NCBI GenBank assembly: GCA_973895155.1
Contig: OZ316896.1
Coordinates: 15,500,576 to 15,564,575, forward strand
Direction of reading: 5' to 3'
Length of the DNA: 64,000 bases
From: Marsupella aquatica
Lineage: Eukaryota; Plantae; Marchantiophyta
Shown in pieces: positions 25,546 through 37,857 of this stretch. Under the pieces are notes generated by a model. The model had not been told where the DNA came from. It saw only the letters and a list, made by a program, of their open reading frames with translations, and ran no database searches. Each line of letters opens with the position of its first letter. Positions within the stretch are counted from its first letter, which is position 1. The translations under genes were made by a program, and so were the position numbers.

Positions 25546-28500
25546 TTAGTAGAGAACTTCATCATATACAACATTTTTGGTCAACTTTGCTTCTCCATTT
25601 TCATTGTCTGGAAGTAACACTTTTATCCTGATAGGACATGTTGCTCTTGAAAAGGCAACATACAATTGACCATGACTGAAAACCGACTTAGAAAGTTGCA
25701 ATCCTACATGTTCTAAAGTTTGACCTTGTGCCTTATTAATATTCATGGCATATGCCACTCGAACCGGGAATTGGACTCTTCGCATCATGAAAGGAAGCCC
25801 CTCATCTGACGTCAATGGAATACGTGGTATGAACGTTATGTTCCCTGCATGTTTGCCTGCAAGAAACCGCGCCTCTATGACACGACTATTGATTGTACGT
25901 ACTATGAGTCGTGTCCCGTTACTTAATCATGTAGTGAAGTCAACATTATGTAAAAGAATAACAGGGCATCCAACCTTAAGTACCAGCTTGTGCAGAGGCA
26001 AACCGCTGGGTGTTAGCGTATTCAAGAACTCAGTAGGGTAAAAGTCACGTCCTTCCAATTGATCGGGGCGATCTATACTTAAGAAGGTGTGCGCATCTCC
26101 TGCGAGCCCTTCCAATATTGAACTGTTGATCTTCAACGCCTCCTCGTTCGTTGGGGCCAATATTGTTCTCTCGCTTAGGAACTTGTCATCAATATTCTCC
26201 AATGATGGATAAATTGCATGAATCAAGGAGTCGGTGTCAACAATGCTCTCCGTCATGGATGGCGGGACCATAATCATGTTATTTAACGCTCCTTGCTTTG
26301 GCAATTTATCATCCCCAAGTTGAAGGAGCCATTCTTGGAAAGTCCGGTTCCCAAACTCAATTGAAGTGGATGTACCCCGCGCACGCATATTCTCAGTAAG
26401 CTTGAATGTTTTCACAGAGTGCCAAATGTGAGATTTCTTCAAGCATCCTCGCACAATCTGCACACGGTTTGCTCTTGCTTTCACCGGCAACACTTGTCGA
26501 AAGTCCCCTGCAAATGCAACCACCAGCCCCCCAAACTTTCTGTTGTCTTCTCTTATGTCGCGAAGTGTCCTATCAAGCGCCTCCACAGCATGTCGATGAA
26601 CCATAGGCGCTTCATCCCACAGAATGAATGTTGTCCTTCGCAACAATTCAACAAGCTCCGTTTGCTTCTTCACGTTGCATAGTGATTGAGCATCGGGATT
26701 GAGAGGAAGCTTAAACCTTGAATGTGTTGTGCGACCTCCATCCAACAACAAACCTGCAATTCCCGAAGAGGCCACAGCCAACGCTACGTCCCCATCAGCC
26801 CGCACCCTACATAGAAGAACATTCTCCACAAAGGTCTTCCCTGTCCCTCCTGGCCCATCTATGAAGAATGTGGAAGCCTCACGACCCCAAACCGCCTCCA
26901 ATATTGCAGTGTAAGCAATGCGTTGCCCAACATTCAACAACGGCTCCTGCTCAGCCAATTGTTGTTCCAAATCCTCCTGGCGATAGGACATCTCCTCCCG
27001 TATCAATTGATTGGTGTTCGCCAGATCTTCACAAAACTGTTCTGAAGGGAGGGGCAACCCAAATTCACCCAACGTCTTCCCTTGGGTGTGCAATACCTGT
27101 CCAATTAAATATAGTGCAAAGCTCCTTTGTTGTTCTTCCGAGGGTTCAAGAAAACCCATGCTGAGAAGGCGATGACAACAATCATCACTCAACTTTGAAG
27201 CGTAACTTGTCCACAGATCACAGGGTTGTGTGGGGCCGCCAAAGATGAGGATGGTGATGAACAACCGTCGAAGTTGTGAGCCGGTCTGCATGAGGCCCGC
27301 CTCGCCAAGACACCTATCCCACTCTACATCATTCTCGTACAATCCACGCGCGAGGGCGGCCTCTTTGAACGTTGGATGCACCACGTTCACAAAAGTTCAA
27401 AGATCTTCAAAACTTTGAGCCCCAGTGACAATAATCAAGAGGGCTCGCAAATAATATCTCTCCCCAGCCGATGGTGCCACAAAGTACATTCGCCCAATGC
27501 TAAACCCTTGCTGACACGGAGACCATTTCTGTAGAGCCTTGTTCCACGTCCATTCTTGAGGGAAATTAGTGTACGTGACATGGCGTGCCGATTCAAACAT
27601 CGCATTTGTCTTGAACCATCCTGTCAAAGTGGTATCCCTGTCCGACTCCCTTTCAACCACATCTATGATGTCTGCATCTTCATTGAACATCACCGCCTGC
27701 TCCCTTTCACAATGCACTTGGAGACGTTGGACAGAAGTACTACTCTCTGCCATTTTAAATTGGAAAATCCGTCACGTCCCTTCCGCCGCAGACACGTAAC
27801 GGGCATCAAGATGTATTTTGATTTCATCCCGTGACTCTCCAACTTCCACCATCGCCCGATCATGCCCCTTATATACATACTTGTATAAGTACTTAATCGC
27901 CTTAATGGAACAACAAATCTCCACGTTAATGTGAGCATTGTATTTCATGCTCAAGTATGGGCTATAGGGAACAACCCACCTGTTGTCAAACCTAAATCCA
28001 TTATTGTCCTTGCTGAATGACTGGCCATTGTCTCGCCTCCGATACAAAGGATAGCCTCCATCCCCAAATTGTGTCTCTCAGGAGAATTCGCGAGGATATT
28101 TCTTAGTGCACTTCCCATCTTCCATGCAGGGTGAGTTTGGATAACCTATGCCACATGGACCATGGACCATGCACTTGGTTATTGTCTCATGAAGTCGAGG
28201 ATATTTTACTCTATCTGGGATCTCCGCACACACCAACTCATCCACCTCGTCAGGGGTGCAAATCTTGTGCTGCTTCGCCAAAATGATCAACATGTGGGCA
28301 TGGGGCAACCCACGCTTTTGGAACTCTATGACATACATAGAGGCAACGGGCCTTCCTAAGACCCCTTGGCGAACCTCTGCTAACAGCGCCCTTAGCATCA
28401 GTTTGAAGCATCGTGCCACAATCTCATCCCGGTCGGCTGGACTTTGAACCTCAAAGCACTCTGCTTTGATCTCCGGCCATTCTGGATTGCAAGTGAACGT

Positions 28501-30694
28501 GATGAAGAGATCTGGCGGGCCGTATGTGCGTACGACAGCCATGGCATCCTGGTATGCTTGGGCCATGCTATATGCGCTACCACCATAAGTCTAGGGCAGC
28601 ATGAAAGTCTTGCCCAACTCACTTGCGCGTGCATCTCCCTCATGCACGACATCTTGAAGACCCGAATATAGGTCAGTCCGCAATTTTTGTTGATTATTGC
28701 GGATATACGTCAAGCGTGTTTGATCGATGCATGCGTAGGCATCAACAATGTACTGCTTTAGGAGCCGTCCACCACGAAGGAGCCAATCATCATTGCATCG
28801 TGCATGAAGATGATATGCAAAGTATTGTAGTTGGATGACCTTCTTGGACCCGTTACGTCCACTCCTTGCCCCGGTAACAACTTGATGAAGAACCCCGTCA
28901 CTCATTTCAAAACCCATCAACGGGATATCATATGACCATCCGTCTTGGCCTCGCGGGAAAAGAAGAACATAGTGGAGTGGTGCATAAGACCTATGCCACT
29001 CAGAGATCCTACGCAAATGCCCATCTATTTGCCTAAGGATGATGTCCCTATGGCATACCTCTAAATCTTCGTCACCCACCATGACAACGCCGATCTCATT
29101 AGCCGTGGGCTTGTTATAACGTCTTGGATCACTGTCGTGCTCGGCCAAGAGGCGTAAAGATACCTCTGGCACATCGCCCCCCTTGATCCAACTTCCTGCG
29201 TTCTTAAATAGATGAACATATCCATTATGTTCATGCAACATGTCTTGTAGTTGAGCCAGTATCCTTGGATCCAAGTGCGACATTCGATTGAGCCTGCAAC
29301 AAAAGCAATTAGAACCACTCGGGTTGGAGATATATGAAAATGTACCTAAGCAAGATGGAAGAGCAAGTGGTCATGGGATTGGGGAAGGTACCTATTCCCC
29401 ACTTCATTGGCGGTGTCGTAAATGTACAATTGCGCAAATTTGGGTCTTTCTCCTGTAGGGGGCAAAAGGCTTCCTGCAAGATGGTACAATGCTCCTTGGA
29501 TACGAAAGGAATAAGGCCCTCGACTATTATTGCGCTCATCCACTTTTGCACCAATGGAGGTAAACACCAAGGCATTGTTATAACCTCTTATGTTGTTGCA
29601 GAAATTCTTCCCAACATTGTCTTGCCTTGTAAGCAAGCTTCGTAGAGGCTCGGGTGGGGCACCAAAAGGAGGCAATTTCACCTTGCCGTCCGCACAACAG
29701 GCACTAAAAAGGGGATTGTTTTTGGTGCCCTTTTTGCACTCTTGAAGCCAATGAAGTGCCCCACATGTGTGGCAAACCACGTCCATACGCCCCAAACCAT
29801 GTCGAGCCAAGTGAGGATCCAACGGCCTTCGCGCCTTTGGAAGACGACTGATTAGTTGTGCCCTCCGTCTTCTTTGCACTATTTCTTCTTCCCTCCGCAA
29901 TGCAAGTGTGACTGGTGCAGCTGCCAAACTCTCCTGGACTTCAGACATAATATCCGGCCCTACATCCGGTTCCCTTTCTCCACTTGACAGCTCCAAGGTC
30001 CCCTCCACAAAAGTGTCAAATTCACCATCCCCATTGTTGACATAATCTTCCTCAACGTCATATAATTCCCCCACCGCATGTTGATCAAACCCGCCATCCA
30101 TTGCCCCATTGATGAGCCGCTCGTCATCAAACAAATGAGTTTCTATGTGAGCGTGCATCGGTTCCTCTGGCGGACAATCAATCCCCCCATCATCCAACGC
30201 CCCATTGATAAGCCACTCCTCATCATAGAGGCAAGGTTCCGGCTGAACATGTGATGTTGCCTCATAGGACACGTTGGAGGCTAACTCCAATGGAGGACGG
30301 TGAATCCCACTTTCATCCAAAGCACCTTGAATGAGCCATCCTTCATCAAATACATTTGGGTCACAGGGAACCATGGGTTGGCGGACCGATGTGCTCGGAT
30401 CACCAACACTAATATTGGAAATGGCATGGGGCCTTTCCAATGCTTGCCCTTGGCCCCGAGCCTCATGACGAAGTTGTCTTCCACTGTTCATACGCGCAAC
30501 CAAGTTTGGTTGAGCGCTCACCTCTGCCTGAACCCCATGAGTTGGAGCCCTCGCATCCCCTCGATTATTCCCAACCACCCCATTTTTTGTTGCCGACGCT
30601 GTGCTCGCCTCGCCCTCTGTCTTTCATTAATGGCATCTTTATTTTTGGCGTACCTCTCACGCCGAGCCGCCAATACCTGGTCGGGAGGAGGCAT
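25546..30694 (-). pseudogene. Helitron RepHel (HUH Rep endonuclease + PIF1-like SF1B helicase), pseudogenised
   Basis: Zn-finger-like CHTCGALHW...CCADGKV. Rep motifs PDLFITFTCNPEWPEI, VIEFQKRGLPHAHMLI, KYLYKYVYKGHD. Helicase motifs GPGGTGKT, DEAPM, GDFRQVLPV, QFPVRVAYAMNINKAQGQTL, HGQLYVAFSR. One GT-AG intron at 29391-29294, five in-frame stops (28591, 28078, 27772, 27397, 25927) and a frameshift in an A-run near 30585. Confidence 0.93.
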
Positions 30695-31039
30695 GTTGGC
30701 AACGGTACCCTCACCATATTAAGAAAGACCTAATTACTCCATGCTCCCACCCATAGTCCGTTATCTGCATCCAACGCACATATTTTGTTAGTCATTCTAA
30801 TTTAAATGAGTCATTTAAATTTACATGCCCCAATGTTCCAAGCTTGACAAACCCTAAGTAAGTTGAACGCCGGTTGGAGGACACCATCGCAAGAGACATG
30901 GGATATTGGAAGGAGCCCAATATCCATCAAGGATACATCCTATAAGGGCCCCCTCATCCCGCCTACCCACCCAACCTTGGCGACGTTCCTCCTGCTTCCA
31001 GGAGTTGTGCCTCTTGCCCCTAAGTTAACCCATGTTTGC

Positions 31040-31985
31040 TTACTTGGCTTTGGCCACCCCTATGCCGAGACCCCTTGGGGAAACGGCATGGCTTGGCCAA
31101 CTTTTCAACTAAACATTTCGCCACTCCTTGCATGATCCCCAAACCCCATTGGTAACCCCAAAGTTTTTGTGACTTAAAGTTGTTTAACTTAAAGTCGCGG
31201 CGGCCGCTTACTTGGCTTTGGCCGCCCCAATGCCAAGACCCCTTGGGGCAACGGCACGGCTTGGCCGACTTTTCAACAGGCCTTGTTTCCTACCCCTTGC
31301 ATCCCCAAATCCCATTGGCAACCCCAGATTTTTGGTTACTTTAAGTGTCTAACTTAAAGTTACAGCGGCCGCTTACTTGGCTTTGGCCGCCCCAATGCCG
31401 AGACCCCTTGGGGCAACGGCACGGCTTGGCCGACTTTTCAACTGGCCTTTTTTCCTATCCCTTGCATCCCCAAACCCCATTGGTAACCCCAGATTTTTGG
31501 TTACTTTAAGTGTCTAACTTAAAGTCGCGGCGGCCGCTTACTTGGCTTTGGCCGCCCCAATGCCGAGACCCCTTGGGGCAACAGCATGGCTTGGCCGACT
31601 TTTCAACAGGCCTTTTTGCCTACCCCTTGCATCCCCAAACCCCATTGGTAACCCCAGATTTTTGGTTACTTTAAGTGTCTAACTTAAAGTCGCGGCGGCC
31701 GCTTACTTGGCTTTGGCCGCTCCAATGCCGAGACCCCTTGGGGCAATGGCACGGCTTGGCCAACTTTTCAACTAAACATTTTGCCACTCCTTGCATGATC
31801 CCCAAACCCCATTGGTAACCCCAAAGTTTTTGTGACTTAAAGTTGTTTAACTTAAAGTCGCGGCGGCCGCTTACTTGGCTTTGGCCGCCCCAATGCCGAG
31901 ACCCCTTGGGGCAACGGCACGGCTTGGCCAACTTTTCTACATGCCTTTTTCCTGCGCCTTGCATCCCCAAACCCCATTGGTACCT
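31040..31985. repeat. Tandem array of 165-168-bp units (~6 copies) in the Helitron 5' region
   Basis: TTACTTGGCTTTGGCC recurs at 31040, 31208, 31373, 31538, 31703 and 31871. Units 2-6 are each preceded by GCGGCCGC. Confidence 0.92.
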
Positions 31986-34760
31986 CATCCAAGCTTACTC
32001 GGCTCCTTACTCACCAATGCCACGCCCCCTTGGGGTGGTGGTGTGGTTTGCAACACTTTCCAACTTGGATGCTTGAGAGGAGGTGGTCCCCTCATATATG
32101 CTTCTGGGGACCTGCCACCCCCGGACCACCAATGGTCCCTATATTTTGGCCCCCAACCCACGCATATTTGAGTGTTAAATTGAGTGGCAAGTGATCACGG
32201 CAAGGTCGAGGGGTTGGTGCGGAGTTGGAACCATAAGAATGAGTTCAATTAGGGCCTGTGCTGGTTAGGTTTAATGACACTTATATGACAAAGTCTAGGG
32301 CGCCTGGACCTGAAATGGGTGATCAAGACGCCTAGAGTGAAATCCCGCGATAGTTTCCAACGTTGGACCGTCGGCCGTCGCTGGTTCAAATGCAGCGAGG
32401 GAAAAATGGTGAGACGGCCTCGCTTGTTGTCGGGCCATTGCTGGTCCAGGCGCGGTGAGGGCTGGTTGTAAGGGCTGGCCAAGAGGAGGGTGCAGGAGGA
32501 GCGCGTGACTCGACTGAGTCGCGACTCAAGTCGAGTTGTGGGGAGGGGAAGGGTGGCGGCTCGCTCGTTGGGCCGTGGCTGGTCCAGGCGCGGCGAGGCA
32601 GTCGAGGGAGGGAGGGACTGTGGGCCAAGGCAGCAGCATGCAGGCGCAGCCGTGGCCGTGGCAGCGAGGCAGGCAGGCAAGGCAGCAGGCATGGCAGGCC
32701 GTGGTGAGCGAGGCAGGAGGTGCAGCAGCCGGCACGCCATGGCGAGTGGGTCCGTAGTAACCCTGCTCAAGGCAGGCAGGCGCGTCAGGGCTGGCCGCGG
32801 CAGGGCTGGTCGTGGGGCGATAGTAGAGCAGCCGAGGGAGGGAGGTAGTCAGGCACAAAGGGCGAGGGCGGTAGTTGCGCCAAGGGAGTCGGGCCGTGGC
32901 AAGGAGGAGGGAGTGCTGGCCGTGGTGGGGCTGGCCATGGCGGGGAGGAGGGAGGGAGGGCTGCCATGGCAGGGAGGTCGTCGAGCGGCCGAGGGAAGGA
33001 GGGAGTCGGGGCAGCCATGGCGGGGAGGTCGTCAGGTGGCCAAGGGAACACGGCACCCTTCCAGTCCAGGCGCGAGCGAGTGGCAGGGAGGAGGGAGGGG
33101 CGGCGGTAGCCTGGCTGTGGCAGGGAGGGTGCAAGTCGTGAGGGGCGGCGGTAGTCACGGCCAAGGGAGGGAGTCGGGCCGTGGAAGGAGGGCACAAGAA
33201 CGGGAGTCAGTGGTCCCGCTATTGGTCGCCGCCTCGCGCTATACACCATTTACGCAGTGAAACCTTTTTTGATTGCGGCTGTTGCTTTCTTTTTCTCCGA
33301 TTTGCTTTGTTCCCACTTAAAACCGGCCGCCATATTTGAATGACGACCACGCCAAAAAAAAGGCGCAACCTTGTATTATAGTTTCTGATAGAGCACTTTG
33401 ACCAGCTAAGCTCCCATGCTCCTTTCTTCTAAACTTCGTTGTTCAGGGCTTTATAGCTATATATCACACAGCCAGAACATTAAAGGCTCCAATCTGGAGA
33501 TATGGTAGGAGACAGACCCAATAATGTGAGGAAACAAAGAAAAAACAGGTGCAAGGAGCAAAATACCCAAGAGATCCCTAGAAAATGATGCTCTCATGGA
33601 CATAGATAGCAACCAAGCAACTTACTGGATGGACTAATTAAGAATGTTCTCCTAATGCTATCCATCCGGGATAGAAATATATGTGGGAACATTTTGGCAA
33701 ACCTAGAGATCCCGCTAGAGATCTGTCCACTCATGATTTTCTCACATGGAATACTTTTAAACATAATTTATTTTATCAAACATAATTTTTCCTTGCTAAC
33801 TTATTGACCTTGAAAGGGTGTTGACAATATACTTGGTCCATTGAAGTTTCCAGAGCAGATGTAATAGTCCATCCAAACATCAACATCCTATGTTTCATCC
33901 CTAAGAAACTATTAGAAAGTTGGGAAATATTGTCATTGTTGGCTCCATTTTGAACTCAAAACTCATTAATAATCTGGGATATACAATTTTCCATATGTTT
34001 TGGGCAACAACAGAACTAACAAGCATCGATACCCAGATATCCAAATTTTTATCGACCTCTTCAGCAAAGGATGACATCTCTGTACACTTCATATCACATC
34101 AATTGCAAACAAAATGCCACTCCTAAAATAGGACCGAAAGGGTGACTTGCATGAGATCCCGCTTGAATCAACCAAATTTGAATGTTTTGCTAGGACTTGA
34201 GCTTATATTTGTTTGCCCAAAGCAAGACCTTTCCCTAGAATCAAACAAGTCACCAAAGTTTATATACCAGGAAAAAAAAGTACAATGAAAGGCCAAAAAA
34301 AGTGCTCCAAAGAAAAAGAGGTCCAAAAGAGGACAAAAACCCAGAATTGTTTTTTAACATAATTGATAAATGTACACCTCTTTTGTTTGTTGATAACTGG
34401 ACACTGGAGTTATGAACACTCCAGTTGCGACACATGGCACGATATCGGCTGTGAGAACTTTGATCTACTCCCAAGACTGTTCACAAACCAAGTAACAATG
34501 GGATCTACAGTAGAGGATGCTCATCCCTGCCGGTCATCACACATTACAATGTGGTAATATATGCTCAATATATAGTGTCCACTCATTGATTAAAGAAAAT
34601 AACAATTGTTTTCATGTTATGGATTGATGTCTAAGTTCTTAATCTTTTCTTGTCTCAAAAACTGTGTCATGCTCATGCCTGAAGTCAAGGAGGCTCAATA
34701 TGAAGGGTAGTACTTCCATCATTTTTCAGCAAACCCTCATCAGTCTCAAAGCTTGTCTCC

Positions 34761-35403
34761 CGTACTTTGGCAGATGTAGTGGTGGCAAACCCATTGCGCC
34801 AAGACATCATTGGGACAGCGGCAACAATGGCAGGGGCAGCAGCATCACGAGCAGCAACAACGAAGGAGGCCAAATATGCTGCACGAGCTTCATCTGATAG
34901 CTTCCTGCCCCTTGCTCTTGAGATATTTGGGCGTCTCTATCATCAGTTTGACGGGCTTCTTCGCCAAGCTGCTCGGGATGTTCATGGCCGGATGGGTCCC
35001 ACCGGGCCCCCGCTATCTGTTTTGACCACACACTTTCGCCAACGCATTTCAGTCACCTTACAGCGTGCTCAAGCTCGGGCCGTCTATCGTCGATCTCTGA
35101 CAGTGGGTGCTAGTGTGACTCCGCAGCGGCTAGCCCCCCTAGAGGACATTCCTGTCCCACTTGCCGATCTAGCTTCGACACTTGATGTAGACCACTAGCT
35201 TGTTGCCACATTTGCTAGGTATGATGAGGACCTCGGTCCATTTGCGGTAGTTTTTGTTCCTCTTTCTTGGTTTTTAGGGGTTTCCTTTTGCTCACTTCTT
35301 TTGGCGTTTGGTTTTGTCCACTTGGGACCTCTCTTGTTTATTCTTTTGTACTCTATTTGGCCTATTTCTGTAAAAAGTATGTGTATATTTAAAATAAAAA
35401 AAA
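34761..35403 (+). mobile_element. 5'-truncated CRE-like non-LTR retrotransposon (C-terminal restriction-like endonuclease region, 3' UTR, A-rich tail)
   Basis: ORF 34767-35198 reads ADVVVANP...AAASRAATTKEAKY...FLPLALEIFGRL...RQRISVTLQRAQARAV. This fits the DV-x-V...AA...K..KY...F.P...E.FG...IS..LQR pattern of RLE-bearing (CRE-clade) elements. It is followed by a T-rich 3' UTR and AAAATAAAAAAAA at 35391-35403. Confidence 0.75.
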
Positions 35404-36039
35404 TAGTGATTGAGAGTGTCCCACAAGTGAAAGGTACATTATAATATCAATCTAGCAAGAGAAAGGTACATTACAATACCAATTCTGAAGAAGATTTTAA
35501 CGATGTTCAAATAGTCTTTAGCCAGATGGATAATAGTTTGGTGTCTCTTACTAAACCACACCCCTTCATAACAACATCAAAATTATAAGGAGGTCAAACT
35601 CCCCTATTTTTTAGTTCATCCCTTGGAGAAACAACACCTTCTCCAAAGCAAATCTTTCATATCAAACCAAAATGTAACAGAATGTGAACTTCTGAACACA
35701 ATAAGTTGACAAGATATAAGGTAACAAGATATAAGGTAACAAGATATAAATCACTTCTGGAGATTTTCATTTCTGCATTATGTATGCATGCAATAGTCCA
35801 GCTGCATGGTGAGTTGTTTCACACTGGCTAGAAGGCACTGCAATTCCTCACAGGGCTCAGAACTCTATTTGAGAACACTTTGGGCTTGAGTTACACAAAA
35901 GGTGGTGAGTGCTCCACCTTATCCTGCGAGACACTTTTCAGCACAGGACAGGAATGAGGAGTAAATGGGAATTTTATATGGGCAGATGTAGTTTATTAAA
36001 GCATGTGAGTTACAAGCTTGTTTACAAGTCAAATTCAGC

Positions 36040-36191
36040 CCATCTGCCTTTGGGAGCTAATGTTTGGATGGACCACTCGGAGCAGGTTACTGTTGCTCAG
36101 AAAAATACAAAGTAACCATCTGCCTTTGGGAGCTAATGTTTGGATGGACCACTCGGACCAGGTTACTGTTGCTCAGAAAAATACAAAGTAA
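36040..36191. repeat. Near-perfect 76-bp tandem duplication
   Basis: CCATCTGCCTTTGGGAGCTAATGTTTGGATGGACCACTCGG... starts at 36040 and 36116. Confidence 0.9.
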
Positions 36192-37715
36192 AAATGCTTT
36201 CCGAAAATACCATAAATGAGTTTTGCTGGTCCATCTGGGCATTTTGTGAAACAGCTCCTTGGGGGGCGTCTATGTATGAGTCGGGGGGGAACAAAATCTC
36301 CCTGAGTTTATGAGTCCACCACCCCCCCGTCGACTGAATGGGGTGGTGAACGACCTCCAGTCACAAGTGGCAGTGTGTACGATACGCCATTGTATCACAG
36401 TATCACACTCCGACATACGGTACTTTCCAACAGCTTCAGCCGTCAACCTAACGGCCAGAACTACTAACGGTACCGTAGGGTAGGGTAAGCTCGAGAAAGT
36501 CTAATCAATGCCAGTTCGCAAAACCGGTCGCCGGGGTATATTGCATGTTGGCCGGGACGCTTGTGCCGGCTCGGTTACTCGCTGCAACCAGTGCAACGGA
36601 TACTTCAGGGACAGCGAAAGAATGAAAGGTGGCTGTATCCGACGTCATTCGAGATCTCAGTGACTCAGTGGGCATGGAGGCATTAATAATTATTCGGGCT
36701 GACCAACAAGCCCAATTAGAGAATTAGATATTAGAGATCGAAGGAGAACTTTAAAGTAAATGCTGCGACTGCGACGTCATTAGAAATTAAGTGGGCTTCG
36801 ACACATTAATGATTGATCGACTAACCGGCCCGATTAATTCGATTAGATTGAGGGCCAGTTCATGACATCTAGAGGGCTGTAAGCGTCGTCTCTTTTATGG
36901 CCTTAGCACTCGGGTATTGACGAAAAAATGGAATTCTCCACAGAATTATTGTCGGGTAATATGTGAAGTGCGGAAGCCTTTGATTGTTGTTTTCACAATC
37001 AGATTTCAAAGGGCAGTGTTTCACAGACACCCAAGTTAAACAATATGTGGAACTGCTTCCTTCTGTTTCATTCTGAATTCAAAGGTTGGGATGTGAAAGG
37101 CAGGAAAGTTTCCAGCCCTTGTCTTTCCATCGCTTGAGATGTTGTTGTTGTCTGCCTCAGGAGAGTCTTGAGACATGAAAGTCTGATTCACTCATACATG
37201 CCATCAGCTAACACTAGGGCCAATTTTTTTAGGAACTCACACATGAGAGATGTCCCTAATGAGGGTGCAACAACCTTAAACAACTTTCTCCAAATGTTAT
37301 TAGATAACTTTTAGGGTTATAGTACAGATAAAATCAGTAACTTTCTTTACGAGAAATATCTTGGAAAGTTAAGGATCCCCAAAAGGAGTGGGTTGTCTTC
37401 TAAGTGTCATTAAGCTAGGATAGATTAGGCCTGGGTGAGGCCTGGGTGACTTGGTAAAACTAATTATCTTTGTGATAATTGCTGTAGAGATATGACGATT
37501 CAAAAACAGCAATTGTCTTGTAAGTTTTCCCCCTCAAAACGATTGTGATGCTAAGAATAATACTTAATCATTGGAAATTAGAGTTGGGGTGAGTTGGTAC
37601 TCGTGTCCTCGTCTTATTGCCCATGGCTTTCGAAAGTGTTGCCCCACTTTTAAAGCCCCCCCCACATGCCATTTGTCTAATACACAATTGTGTAGATTCC
37701 CAACAAATTTGAATC

Positions 37716-37857
37716 TGTTGAGGAATGATGCGGGAAATGATAATGAGATTCCTCTCTATAGAATGAATGGGTGCATCTCTATATATAGTCTCCGTCTGAG
37801 TTATCTTATACGGTAACTATGGTTAAGGTAACCATGGAGTCTAGTTAGGGTATAACA
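37716..37857 (-). repeat. 3' LTR of the Bianca-like element
   Basis: TGTTGAGGAATG...GGGTATAACA, identical to 41280-41421. Confidence 0.95.

Larger units (their letters stand above)
24930..33388 (-). mobile_element. Helitron, autonomous-type but degenerate, ~8.5 kb
   Basis: 3' terminus GTGCAACGTACGGGTATTGAGCTAG|T at 24930. 5' terminus candidate A|TCAGAAACTATAATAC at 33388 (or TCTATC at 33392). Contains RepHel coding sequence, a 3' minisatellite and a 5' tandem array. Confidence 0.9.

Noticed and set aside
32249-33260. Long overlapping ORFs of 150-256 aa on both strands
   Set aside because: Low-complexity R/G/A/P-rich translations expected from very high GC content, with no domain motifs.
37812-37835. 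GTAACTATGGTTAAGGTAACCA in the Bianca-like LTR resembles the 28S rRNA R2 target region
   Set aside because: The match needs a gap, is short, has no flanking rRNA similarity, and is explained by a local GGTAACYATGG duplication.
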